Source: a virus (lineage: Duplodnaviria; Caudoviricetes). From it: 64,000 nt of DNA. Position 1 is the first letter of the stretch; each line of letters starts with the position of its first letter. Positions 17,791 through 27,138 of this stretch are shown here, piece by piece. The notes under the pieces were generated by a model. The model was not told where the DNA came from. It saw only the letters and a list, made by a program, of their open reading frames with translations, and made no database searches. The translations under genes were made by a program, and so were the position numbers. Location of the stretch: IMG/VR virus record IMGVR_UViG_3300005077_000026, positions 1 through 64,000 of that record; one strand, written 5' to 3'.

Positions 17791-19922
17791 GCTTCTACTG
17801 GGCAAGGGAGAGAACGATTGATCGGGATGCAATCAGGAAACTCTTTGAGGGGGCAGCTAAAAGGGGTGGTGATGGGTTCGGCTACTGCTTGGTTAGAGCA
17901 AAGGGCGGAGATCGGATGGTTTCAGAGCTTGTGCTCCTGGAGAAGGTAGCAGACCCCAAATTCTGGGACACCCATGTGCTGGACATCGAATCGAACATGA
18001 GGGCGGGTGACCTGTTGTTCCTCTCCTTCCGTGCCACCCCCGAAACAGAACTCCAGACAACCCCTGAAATGCTTCAGCCCATTATCAGTCCGGAAACGGG
18101 TTGTGTCCTTATCCACAATGGCTCTGTAACAGAGACGGACAACAAGGGGCTTAGAAAGCATGAAGAAATTGGCACTTTCAAGTGGAACACACAAATTGAC
18201 TCAGAAGCTATCATTGCCCAGTATATCAATTATGGGCGGGACATGAAGAAGTGCATGGAAGATTTGTCAGGAGCATTCGCGTTTGTGCTGCTGGATTGGA
18301 AATCAAGGAAGCTCTATGCTGTCAACTCTTTCTTGCCCCTTGCTCATATGTACATAAAAGGCTACGGGTACTTCTTGCATTCAAGCAATGATGCGCTGGG
18401 GGAAGTACTGCAAGACATAGTGGGAACGTCGAAGGATGGGATGAATGTTTGGGAGTACTGGTACCATCACTACTTGGACGGGTACACAATCATAGAAACC
18501 GACCTCGACTCAGGGTTCCAGAAGAAGTCTACATATCGTCCTAAGTTTCTCAGCCCCACTATCTTCTCAAGAAAAGAAAAACAGAAAGAGCCCAAGAGTA
18601 TCTACATTGCCGCGAGTGGTGGTATAGATAGTGGAGTCACTGCTTTGGCTCTGAAACACTTTCTGCCTGAGAAGAATTGGAATATTGCAATGGTCCACTT
18701 TAAGTACGGGCAGAGATCGCAGGAGTCTGAGGAGTGGGCAGTCCGAAAACTCTCCGAGACACTTGGCATCCAGTTGCAAATCCTCGATATAAGCTCCATT
18801 TACACAGACTTCATCAAGGATTGTGGGATGCTGATGAACAGGAGCAATGCGATACAGAGTGGCGGGGATAAGTTGAAATCTACCATCGCTTGGGTCTCAG
18901 CGAGAAACGCTATATTCGCCTCCCTTCTGCTTGCTAAAGCTGAGAGTCGCTTGCTGTATCGCAAAGATAGGGAAGTGTACATTGCAGGCGGGTGGGCCCA
19001 GCTGTCTGAGGAGTGCCTCACACTTCATAAAAATAACAAAGTAAACACTGTTGAAAGGGGCAACATTCCCCCTCAAGATGTTCATGTTGGTGATTGGTTG
19101 TGGGCTTGTGATATAGAAACTAAACGACCTGTTAGAACACAAGTAAAAGAAGTTAGGGAAAGAACTGTTACCCATGTAGTACGAATAAAATACAAAACCC
19201 GTGGATATGGATTTGTAGAATGCTCCAGGTCTCATCCCTTTTATGTTTCCGGAAAAGGATGGGTAAAAGCTGTTGATATAAAGCCGGGAGATGAGATTTG
19301 GAGAAAAGTTGGATGGGATCGTCTTTTAATAAATTGGGATGAGCTAAAAGACAAAGAGCAGATGCGTTCAAAGATTGAAAAATTTGCAGGCATTTCTATT
19401 CATAATGGAATAAAGGTATTAGAAGTAGAGGTGATTGAGAGAGAGGAAAAAGTAGTAAATTACCACTGTGAACCACATAATAATTTCTTTGTAAATTCCC
19501 TCCTTGTTCATAATACAGGTGGGTATCCTGACAACTCTTTCAAGTTCATCGAAGCTTTAACGGAACTGAAGAAGTACGGCTGCATAACGGGCGCCGATAT
19601 TCACTTCCTCAATGTCCTGCAGAACCTGACGAAGACCGAGACATGGAAGCTGGGGGCTTATCTCAAATTCCCCTTCCAGTACTCTGTTAGTTGTGACAAT
19701 CCCACGATGGATGATGACGGAGTTCCCACCCTGTGTCTTGAGTGCGGATCAACGAAGTTGTCTTGCATCGCCGCCGACCGTGCTGATGTCTATGATCCAC
19801 GGCGCTTTAACACTCGCCTTGATGTGAACCGACGCGGGGTGTGCTTTCGAACACGTTTCAGCGAACCGGCTAAGGTGGCCGATGTCCAAGCGATTATCAA
19901 CCGATTGAACCTGCCTGTGTAG
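17778..19922 (+). CDS. gat-queC: class II glutamine amidotransferase-QueC fusion (Gat-QueC) containing an intein
   Basis: N-terminal MCGIG (Ntn Cys), HNG, DSE; ASGGIDSG PP-loop, YGQR, RNAIF, GYPD. Confidence 0.85.
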   Translation: MCGIGFYWARERTIDRDAIRKLFEGAAKRGGDGFGYCLVRAKGGDRMVSELVLLEKVADPKFWDTHVLDIESNMRAGDLLFLSFRATPETELQTTPEMLQPIISPETGCVLIHNGSVTETDNKGLRKHEEIGTFKWNTQIDSEAIIAQYINYGRDMKKCMEDLSGAFAFVLLDWKSRKLYAVNSFLPLAHMYIKGYGYFLHSSNDALGEVLQDIVGTSKDGMNVWEYWYHHYLDGYTIIETDLDSGFQKKSTYRPKFLSPTIFSRKEKQKEPKSIYIAASGGIDSGVTALALKHFLPEKNWNIAMVHFKYGQRSQESEEWAVRKLSETLGIQLQILDISSIYTDFIKDCGMLMNRSNAIQSGGDKLKSTIAWVSARNAIFASLLLAKAESRLLYRKDREVYIAGGWAQLSEECLTLHKNNKVNTVERGNIPPQDVHVGDWLWACDIETKRPVRTQVKEVRERTVTHVVRIKYKTRGYGFVECSRSHPFYVSGKGWVKAVDIKPGDEIWRKVGWDRLLINWDELKDKEQMRSKIEKFAGISIHNGIKVLEVEVIEREEKVVNYHCEPHNNFFVNSLLVHNTGGYPDNSFKFIEALTELKKYGCITGADIHFLNVLQNLTKTETWKLGAYLKFPFQYSVSCDNPTMDDDGVPTLCLECGSTKLSCIAADRADVYDPRRFNTRLDVNRRGVCFRTRFSEPAKVADVQAIINRLNLPV
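19014..19514 (+). mobile_element. mini-intein (167 aa, no endonuclease domain)
   Basis: starts CLTL, SRSHPFYV block B-like, VVNYHCEPHNNFFVN block F, ends VHN followed by Thr(+1); AT-rich relative to flanks. Confidence 0.9.
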
Positions 19923-19930
19923 GAGGAAAA

Positions 19931-20308
19931 ATGAACTGCTCCCTCACTATCGCCGTTGACATTGATGACACTCTTACGGTGCCCTCCGCTAAGAGGCTCT
20001 CTGAGGACTACGGTGAGTACTATGCAAGGCTTGCCCCCAGCCTCATTGTGATTGAAAAACTAAGAGAGTTAAAAAAGCAGGGGCATTACATTTGCATTTG
20101 GTCCTCAAGATATCTGGTTGACTATGAAATCACTGTCAAGTGGCTGAAAAAGCACCAGGTGCCCTTTGATCAGATCCTTTTGGAAAAGCCGCGCTTCGAT
20201 ATCTATCTGGACCGAAACGCCGTAAACCCTGCTACGGGCTGCATCTTGGAATCAGTAAAGGGGATTCAGGATTCCATTTGCAAAATTCACAAGATAAGCG
20301 CATGGTAA
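19931..20308 (+). CDS. HAD-superfamily phosphatase-like protein
   Basis: DIDDTL motif I, SSR motif II, KP..DIYLD. Confidence 0.75.
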   Translation: MNCSLTIAVDIDDTLTVPSAKRLSEDYGEYYARLAPSLIVIEKLRELKKQGHYICIWSSRYLVDYEITVKWLKKHQVPFDQILLEKPRFDIYLDRNAVNPATGCILESVKGIQDSICKIHKISAW

Positions 20309-20320
20309 AGGGGGCTAAAG

Positions 20321-20563
20321 ATGTTCAATCCGAAGAGAGACAGAAACCCTTGGGGCAGAGTCAACAAAGGGAAGGCAATGGCCCAGAGATTCCTTCGTCC
20401 TGTTGGTTCTGCTAAGTATGGCGTAGCAGATAAGAGCGGGAAGATCGTTGAGGGCCCCCTGTTCAGCAAACGGGACGCGAAGGCAGCAAGGAACAAGTGG
20501 AACATTCTCACCAACAGCGGGGACTACCACATTTGCAACTACAGGGAGAGCGAAAATGGATAA
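20321..20563 (+). CDS. hypothetical basic protein
   Basis: ORF between the HAD gene and queC. Confidence 0.55.
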   Translation: MFNPKRDRNPWGRVNKGKAMAQRFLRPVGSAKYGVADKSGKIVEGPLFSKRDAKAARNKWNILTNSGDYHICNYRESENG

Positions 20564-21356
20564 ACAACGGATTCTCTTATACAGTGGGGGCATAGATTCC
20601 TACATAGCTTATCACTATCTTGGGTACCCGCAGACAATCTACTTTGCCCTCGACCACAAATATGAGTTGCAAGAGATAGCAGCAATCAAGCGCACAATTC
20701 CACAGACTCTAATTGTAGAAAATGTCCTGACACTGGGGGCATTTGAGGAGCCAGATGCTAACATTCGTAGCCGAAACCTCATGCTACTTCTTGCTGCTGC
20801 TTATTATGTACAAGCTTCCACTGCTGCCATCTATCTTGTTGTGCAGAAAGGGGAAATGAACATTCCTGATCGAACCTCTGACTTCCTTATGCGATCAAGC
20901 AAAATGATATCAGAGTTGACGGAAAAAGAAATCGTTGTGGGCAGCCCTTTCACTCAAATGACCAAGACAGAAATGGTAGAGTGGTACTTAACTCAAAAGC
21001 TTCCAGTCGATGGGCTCCTGAATACCCACGCTTGTTATCAACCTAAGGAGGTGTTTGAAGGCACTGAGGTATTTCGTAAGCCCTGCCATGCTTGCCCTGC
21101 TTGCTTCCGTCGATGGGTCGCCCTGTACAACAACAACATCGAGGAGGCTAATGCCCATCAGATATTAGAATGGATTGGCATTGATTCCTACATTGAACGC
21201 ATTGCAGATGGCAAGTATGATTTGCATCGATCGGGGGAGACTCTAAGAGCAATCAAGAAGGGAGTGAACAACCTGCCCCTGTCTACGGCAAGGAAGCAAA
21301 AGCTGGATTCCCTGTTTGCCCGCTACGTCGATGCCAAAGGAATTTTCTACCAATGA
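20556..21356 (+). CDS. queC: second QueC-like PP-loop protein (7-cyano-7-deazaguanine synthase-like)
   Basis: YSGGIDS, RNLML, TKTEMV, CY...CHACPAC Zn site. Confidence 0.8.
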   Translation: MDKQRILLYSGGIDSYIAYHYLGYPQTIYFALDHKYELQEIAAIKRTIPQTLIVENVLTLGAFEEPDANIRSRNLMLLLAAAYYVQASTAAIYLVVQKGEMNIPDRTSDFLMRSSKMISELTEKEIVVGSPFTQMTKTEMVEWYLTQKLPVDGLLNTHACYQPKEVFEGTEVFRKPCHACPACFRRWVALYNNNIEEANAHQILEWIGIDSYIERIADGKYDLHRSGETLRAIKKGVNNLPLSTARKQKLDSLFARYVDAKGIFYQ

Positions 21357-22180
21357 GATACCCTAAGCTGAGACTGATGCTGGACAGTGGTGCCTATTCT
21401 GCCTACACACAAAACACCACTATTGATATCCAAGCTTATGCCGACTTCGTTAAGAACAATGGGCACCTGTTCGACTGGTATTTCAATTTGGACGTGATTA
21501 ATGATGGGGAGAAGTCGTTGGCGAATTGGCTTTGGCTGAGAGAGCAGGGGCTTGATCCCGTCCCCATCTATCATGCTACGACCGATATCAAATTCTTGAC
21601 AATCTATCTTGGCTACCATCCTAAGCTGATTGGTATAGGTGCCATAGCCAATCTTTCCACCCAGAAGAGGATTGAGTCTCTGGACAAGATGTGGGAGAAG
21701 TATTTGACCTACGACGATGGGATGCCAAAGCACAAAGCCCATGGATTGGGCATTCTCAGCATTGATATCTTGCGAAGGTATCCCTGGTATAGCTCAGACA
21801 GCACCAGCTGGGTTCAGTTTGGAAAGTTTGGAATCGTCTTGGTTCCTAAGATCAAGCAGGGGCAGTGGATCTATGATGAAAACCCCTTTAAGGTCTTCTT
21901 CTCCATTCGATCCCCCAAGACTAAAGAGAAGGGAGAACACTTTGATAACTTTCCTCCGAACATTAAAAAAGAGATTGCCCGGTATGTGGAGCACTATGGG
22001 TTTGTGGTTGGTGAATCGAAGTGGTCGGAAGAAGGCAAGGAGGAGGTACTTGTTGAGGGGGCCAGAAACAACGGCTTCATCCGCGACCAACTCAATCTCA
22101 TGTACTATCAGAATGTAGTTAAGAACTTACCACGCTATCCATGGCCTTTCAAATCCAAGTCATTTAAAACGCTGTTCTAA
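21353..22180 (+). CDS. dpdA: DNA guanine transglycosylase (DpdA, TGT-like)
   Basis: LDSGAYS, LDVI, PIYH, HGLG, YPWYSSDSTSW; located in the que cluster. Confidence 0.8.
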   Translation: MRYPKLRLMLDSGAYSAYTQNTTIDIQAYADFVKNNGHLFDWYFNLDVINDGEKSLANWLWLREQGLDPVPIYHATTDIKFLTIYLGYHPKLIGIGAIANLSTQKRIESLDKMWEKYLTYDDGMPKHKAHGLGILSIDILRRYPWYSSDSTSWVQFGKFGIVLVPKIKQGQWIYDENPFKVFFSIRSPKTKEKGEHFDNFPPNIKKEIARYVEHYGFVVGESKWSEEGKEEVLVEGARNNGFIRDQLNLMYYQNVVKNLPRYPWPFKSKSFKTLF

Positions 22181-22202
22181 TGTGGATTTTCTAAAAAAGT
22201 GC

Positions 22203-22231
22203 TTGACTTCTTCTAAGAGTTTTGAGAACAT
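22203..22231 (+). promoter_or_regulatory. sigma70-like promoter
   Basis: A-tract, TTGACT 22203-22208, TGn+GAACAT 22226-22231. Confidence 0.45.
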
Positions 22232-22272
22232 AAAAGACAACGAAGATTCCTCAAACAAAACGGACGCTTATA

Positions 22273-22458
22273 ATGTATCTTTACTTTTCAGGTAACTTTC
22301 CAGTAATGTCAAGCCCCGAAAAAGAAAAGAAGCTCATGGAGTTGGTGCTAAAGGAAGATGTTCATTACTGCCGACTTGTGAGCTTTTTCTTTGAGAAGGG
22401 TATGAGCAATCTGCTAAAGATGAAGGAGGAGGAGGAGGAGAATGGAAGTCAATCGTAA
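22273..22458 (+). CDS. small hypothetical protein
   Basis: ORF track; overlaps the start of the next gene. Confidence 0.55.
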   Translation: MYLYFSGNFPVMSSPEKEKKLMELVLKEDVHYCRLVSFFFEKGMSNLLKMKEEEEENGSQS

Positions 22459-23503
22459 TCAGTTGGTGGGGATCATCAAGAATCTGTCACCTGGGCTTGC
22501 TAATAAGGAAATCATCGAGCAAAGCACCCACATCATTTTCTATCGTAACCACATTTGCTCCTATAATGATGAAATCTTTGTCGCCTTTCCCTTCAATTGC
22601 GACTTCAAGGGGACGGTAGAAGCTGACCTGCTCCTTAAGATTATCAGCAAATTTGAAGAGGAGCAAATAAAGATGGAGATCAATCCAGGGAAGGAGGGGT
22701 TTGTTGATATCTACGGTGATGTGAATCATGCCACCCTGACTTTGATCATCGATAGCCCCATCTTTGAACACCTCGATAATATTCTCAATCTTTGCTATGC
22801 AGAGAAGAACTGGAGCAAATTGCCCACTGACTTCCAAGTTGGTGCTGAAATGTGCGCTTTCTCTGCATCGCGGGACAGAACGCTGGGGGCCATGTGCTGC
22901 TTGCGAGTGATGGGGGAGGACATTCTCAGCACGGACAAGTATCGCATCGGGTGGTATGTGATGGAGTCAGGGATGGGCACTTTCCTGATCGAGGCTGACC
23001 ATGCTATGCAGATCAGCCGCTACAAGCTCCTGACGCTGTACGCTCTATCGGGTGGTTGGATTCACTTCAAGTCAAATGATGGGATGTTCATGTCCTGTCG
23101 CATCGTGGAACCCCCCGAAAATCAGATCGACCTCAAGTCCTTCTTCGGCACCAATCAAGACTCTATCAGAATGAAACTCCCCTCAGACTTGATCAAAAGA
23201 GCAGAGTTAGCTGGTGTGCTCAGTGAGGGCAAGACAGCAACAGAACGTCAGGTGGATTTGAAGTTTGAGGGGGATTTGGTAACATGCAGCAGTGTTTCGG
23301 AGAAGGGTGCTATACACAGTCAGAGCAAGCTGGAGAAGCCTGTGCCTTTCCCCATCAATCTGCAAATCTCCCCCGATCTCCTCATTGAAATTCTCAAGTT
23401 CGTTTCTTCTACTGTCATCCTACAGCGCATGGATGAGGAGAGGGGAAAAGCGATTTTCAGGACGAAAGGGTTCTCTCACTTGATCACCGTGAGGCTGGTA
23501 TGA
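22442..23503 (+). CDS. putative sliding clamp (DnaN-like)
   Basis: 353 aa; N-terminal VNRNQLVGII...LSPGL; repeated alpha/beta pattern; adjacent to the polymerase. Confidence 0.55.
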   Translation: MEVNRNQLVGIIKNLSPGLANKEIIEQSTHIIFYRNHICSYNDEIFVAFPFNCDFKGTVEADLLLKIISKFEEEQIKMEINPGKEGFVDIYGDVNHATLTLIIDSPIFEHLDNILNLCYAEKNWSKLPTDFQVGAEMCAFSASRDRTLGAMCCLRVMGEDILSTDKYRIGWYVMESGMGTFLIEADHAMQISRYKLLTLYALSGGWIHFKSNDGMFMSCRIVEPPENQIDLKSFFGTNQDSIRMKLPSDLIKRAELAGVLSEGKTATERQVDLKFEGDLVTCSSVSEKGAIHSQSKLEKPVPFPINLQISPDLLIEILKFVSSTVILQRMDEERGKAIFRTKGFSHLITVRLV

Positions 23504-26100
23504 GAGGCTTTTTCACCGACTCCGAAATCACTTTACTGAGTGATAAGAAGATCGACCCCGAAAACAGCGCCAACTGCAACAAGTGTGGGCTGTATCGCTC
23601 GGTAAAAACCCCCAAGATGAAAGTCTCGGGGAGGGGCAAGCTTGGGTGCCTCATGCTCGGTGAGGCACCTGGCGGAGAAGAAGATCAATGTGGAAGCCAG
23701 TTTGCCAAGTTCGGCAAGGCGGGGGCTTTCATTCGAAGTGAGCTTGCAGCAAGAGGGCTGGATCTGGATGGTGACTTCTACAAATACAATGTGGTGAACT
23801 GCAGGCCAGTAGAAGCTGGTAGTCGGGGGGGACTTAAAAACAGGACGCCCACCTCTGAAGAAATCGTTTACTGCCGCCCCCTTGTTGATAAAGCGATTCA
23901 AGACTTCAAGCCAAAGGTGATCTGGCTGATGGGTGGTTCCGCTCTGGAATCTTTCTATAGGGGGAAGCTGGATCAGACAGGGATAGGAGTTCTTAGGGGA
24001 CTTGCTATCCCCGACCGAAAGCACAATGCTATTATCTGTCCCCTCTATCATCCCTCCTACATGGTCCGTGAAGATCAGAACCCCAATCTACATGCTACTT
24101 GGAAACACGATCTGGATCGAGCGATTGCACTGCTAAAGAATCCCGAGAGTTACTGGCCTGAATGGATAGAACCAAAAGTAGAAATGATCCGGAAGCTGCC
24201 CGAACTTCTTGCCGCTCTTGAGTACTTCCGAGAACAACCTGAAATCGCTATCGACTATGAGACCTCTGGGCTGAAGCCTTACAAGCCCGGACACTTCATA
24301 GCGTCGATGGCGATGACGGCAGTAGATGGGCTGAGGACCATCGCATTCCCTCTTGAAAGGGTTTTCAACTGGACTGCTGGGGAGTTTCGGCAGATCAAGA
24401 TGGCAGTCCGAGCGATTCTCTCTAACAAGAGCATAAAGAAGGTTGGGCACAATCTGAAGTTCGAAAACATCTGGAGCAACGAAATACTGGGCATCAACAT
24501 TGAGAATCAGTGGTGGTGTACAATGATAGGTGCCCATGTGCTCGACAACCGAAGCTATTTCACGGGCTTAAAGCTTCAGGCATATATTAACTTTGGAATC
24601 TACCCCTGGAACGCTGAGGTGGATCACTTCTTGACTGATGCGGACAAGGAGGGGTTTAACAAAATACACAAGGCATTGCTGAGTGATCTTCTCTATTACA
24701 ACGGTCTGGACACCTTCTGGGCGGCACGATTGAAGCAGAAGCAACGCAGAGAGATGAGCAGGAGTGAAAAGCTTCAGGAGGCCTTCGGGTTCTTCATGGA
24801 CGGGCAAGAGGTGTTTAGCAGTTACGAACTGAGGGGGATGGCGGCGGATGAATTGTACTACTCCAAAACCTTCCTCGAACTAACCAAGCAAATAAATTCC
24901 AGCTACGATGCTGTCCACTTCTCCCCTGAGTTCAAGCTGTTCAAAGAGAAAAAGGGAAGGTACCCCGATATCGATTCCAACGATGATATGAGAGAGCTGG
25001 TCTATGAGGTGTGTGGCAAAGAGGTGAAGTCAAAGACAGAGAAAGACAAAGCTTCCACTGATGCCGACGCCTTAAAACGCACTGAATGCTCTTTCGTTCC
25101 TGACCTTATCAAGTACCGCAAACTTGATAAGGCTCGGGGCACTTACCTTGCTCAGTTCCTTAGGTTCAATTACAACGGGCGCATTCATACCACGCTAAAT
25201 CTCCACAACATGATCACCTACCGCAGCTCCTCCGATACCCCCAATTTGATGAACGTCCCCGTTAGGGACAAAGAAGTGCAGCAGTTGGTCAGGAAGGGAA
25301 TCAAGCCCTATCCAGGCTTCGGTCTGCTGTCAAGTGATCTGTCAGGGATTGAGGTGGGAATCTCTTGCTGCTATCACAAGGATCCTAATCTAATCAGCTA
25401 CGTCAAAGATAAGACCAAAGATATGCACCGCGATTCCATGTGTGATATCTGCATTCTGCCCATCCCCGAGATTACAAAGGATCTCAGGTTCCATGCGAAG
25501 AATGCTTGGGTATTCGCACAATTCTACGGGAGCTATTATAAGAACTGTGCTAAAGATTTGTGGGAACGCATTCAGGATCTGAAGACGGTCTCAGGCGTCC
25601 CTGTAGTAGAGCACCTGCGACAGCAGAAGATTCGCCGGTATGAGGAGTTTGAGGAACATTGCAAAGATGTTGAGGACAAGTTCTGGAACGTCAGGTTCCC
25701 CGTCTACAAGAAGTGGAAAGACGATAATGAGTTGCTGTACAGAAAGCAGGGTTACATTGAATCTCATTTGGGATTCAAATTCTCTGGGTACATGACAAGG
25801 AATGAACTCTGCAATTATCAGACGCAGGGGACAGCGTTCCATTGTCTGCTCTGGATCATAATCGAGGTGGAGCGCATCTGTGCAGAGGAGAAATGGAGAA
25901 GCATCCCCTGCATGGAGATTCACGATGAAGCTATCACCAACTATCACCCTGAAGAACTTGACCATGTGTGTGATGTTTTCGATGAGGTGGCAACGGTGAA
26001 GCTGGTCAAACAGTTTCCCTGGATAGTGGTGCCCATCCGGATGGAACATGAGATCAGCGAAGTCAACGGGACTTGGGCTGACATGAAGGTGTATCGATAA
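23500..26100 (+). CDS. family 4 uracil-DNA glycosylase domain fused to family A DNA polymerase
   Basis: CNKC, GEAPG, NCRP, HPSY (UDG); DYETSG, HNLKFE, YNGLD (exonuclease); DLSGIE, AKNAWVFAQFYG, IHDE (polymerase A/B/C). Confidence 0.9.
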   Translation: MRGFFTDSEITLLSDKKIDPENSANCNKCGLYRSVKTPKMKVSGRGKLGCLMLGEAPGGEEDQCGSQFAKFGKAGAFIRSELAARGLDLDGDFYKYNVVNCRPVEAGSRGGLKNRTPTSEEIVYCRPLVDKAIQDFKPKVIWLMGGSALESFYRGKLDQTGIGVLRGLAIPDRKHNAIICPLYHPSYMVREDQNPNLHATWKHDLDRAIALLKNPESYWPEWIEPKVEMIRKLPELLAALEYFREQPEIAIDYETSGLKPYKPGHFIASMAMTAVDGLRTIAFPLERVFNWTAGEFRQIKMAVRAILSNKSIKKVGHNLKFENIWSNEILGINIENQWWCTMIGAHVLDNRSYFTGLKLQAYINFGIYPWNAEVDHFLTDADKEGFNKIHKALLSDLLYYNGLDTFWAARLKQKQRREMSRSEKLQEAFGFFMDGQEVFSSYELRGMAADELYYSKTFLELTKQINSSYDAVHFSPEFKLFKEKKGRYPDIDSNDDMRELVYEVCGKEVKSKTEKDKASTDADALKRTECSFVPDLIKYRKLDKARGTYLAQFLRFNYNGRIHTTLNLHNMITYRSSSDTPNLMNVPVRDKEVQQLVRKGIKPYPGFGLLSSDLSGIEVGISCCYHKDPNLISYVKDKTKDMHRDSMCDICILPIPEITKDLRFHAKNAWVFAQFYGSYYKNCAKDLWERIQDLKTVSGVPVVEHLRQQKIRRYEEFEEHCKDVEDKFWNVRFPVYKKWKDDNELLYRKQGYIESHLGFKFSGYMTRNELCNYQTQGTAFHCLLWIIIEVERICAEEKWRSIPCMEIHDEAITNYHPEELDHVCDVFDEVATVKLVKQFPWIVVPIRMEHEISEVNGTWADMKVYR

Positions 26101-26303
26101 TGCCATTCTACATTCGATCAAAACAAGATGGGAGATTTATTGGAGACTTTATGGGATTGGGGTTTTTCGAAAGCAGCATCGAGGAGGGGGAATGTGATCC
26201 CAGAGAAAAGCCTATAGAATTCCCCACAAAGGAAGAAGCTCAAAAATTTCTTGATTCTTGGTCAGGTGGACCTTCAGATTGTTTCGTATCGGAGGAGGAT
26301 TAG
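26100..26303 (+). CDS. hypothetical protein
   Basis: TAATG overlap with the polymerase stop. Confidence 0.6.
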   Translation: MPFYIRSKQDGRFIGDFMGLGFFESSIEEGECDPREKPIEFPTKEEAQKFLDSWSGGPSDCFVSEED

Positions 26304-26549
26304 ATGAAAGTCCGAGTCCTTTTGCAGTTAGAAGATTGGGTGAAATCAGAGGAGATTGAGGTGTCGATGGTATCAGAATATGGGCAGCCTATGATGCCTG
26401 CTGTTGTGGAGATAGCATTCATTCCAAAGCCCCTTAGGATCGCTTGCACAGGGGGTCCTGTACCAGTTGATCCTTCAATGAGCATAGTTGTCTTTCGATA
26501 CTCGGGGGAAGATCACAGGGGTGTGCCTGTTTACAAATTCATGGGATAA
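26304..26549 (+). CDS. hypothetical protein
   Basis: GGAGG RBS. Confidence 0.55.
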   Translation: MKVRVLLQLEDWVKSEEIEVSMVSEYGQPMMPAVVEIAFIPKPLRIACTGGPVPVDPSMSIVVFRYSGEDHRGVPVYKFMG

Positions 26550-26560
26550 GGAAAACTGCC

Positions 26561-26914
26561 ATGCTTTACTGGATAAGAAAACTATTTAACAGGATGAACA
26601 GAGAACACGATTTTGAGGGACGTTGTGAACAGTGTGGTAGACCACTTCCTCTAAATCTCTTTGTTGAATCCAATCAGAAAATCACGCTCTCTGTTTTCCC
26701 TTGCCCAAAACACCCTGAAGGGGGCATGATTTTGTGGCCCCAAAGAGATGATATCCGTCGTGTGGAATCTATCTACACCTTTGAATCTGTTGATATCCCT
26801 AAAGGGGTCAAGATAGAAAAAGCAACTGTTATTCTAAACAGAGATGGCAAAATGTTACGGTTGGATGTCAAAGATAAAATTGAGGAAGCACTTTGGAAGC
26901 AGGGGGAGAAATAA
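26561..26914 (+). CDS. hypothetical protein with Cys motifs
   Basis: CEQC...CPKH. Confidence 0.6.
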   Translation: MLYWIRKLFNRMNREHDFEGRCEQCGRPLPLNLFVESNQKITLSVFPCPKHPEGGMILWPQRDDIRRVESIYTFESVDIPKGVKIEKATVILNRDGKMLRLDVKDKIEEALWKQGEK

Positions 26915-27138
26915 TGGGACAGTGGGGAGAACCGAAAAACATTGGGGGAGTTAAATTTGTTCCATATATCAATACAGGAACAAATCCATTTACACCAGCA
27001 AGACCCTTTGATCTCATTGAAAAAATTTTTGCTATCGACAAGGATCAAAATGTTGAGGATGTTGAGGTAGATAGATTGGAAAAAGAATTAAACAAACAAT
27101 ATCAACACAAACCCTACAAGGACTGGACATGCGCTTAA
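26914..27138 (+). CDS. hypothetical protein
   Basis: TAATG overlap; ORF track 26893..27138. Confidence 0.5.
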   Translation: MGQWGEPKNIGGVKFVPYINTGTNPFTPARPFDLIEKIFAIDKDQNVEDVEVDRLEKELNKQYQHKPYKDWTCA

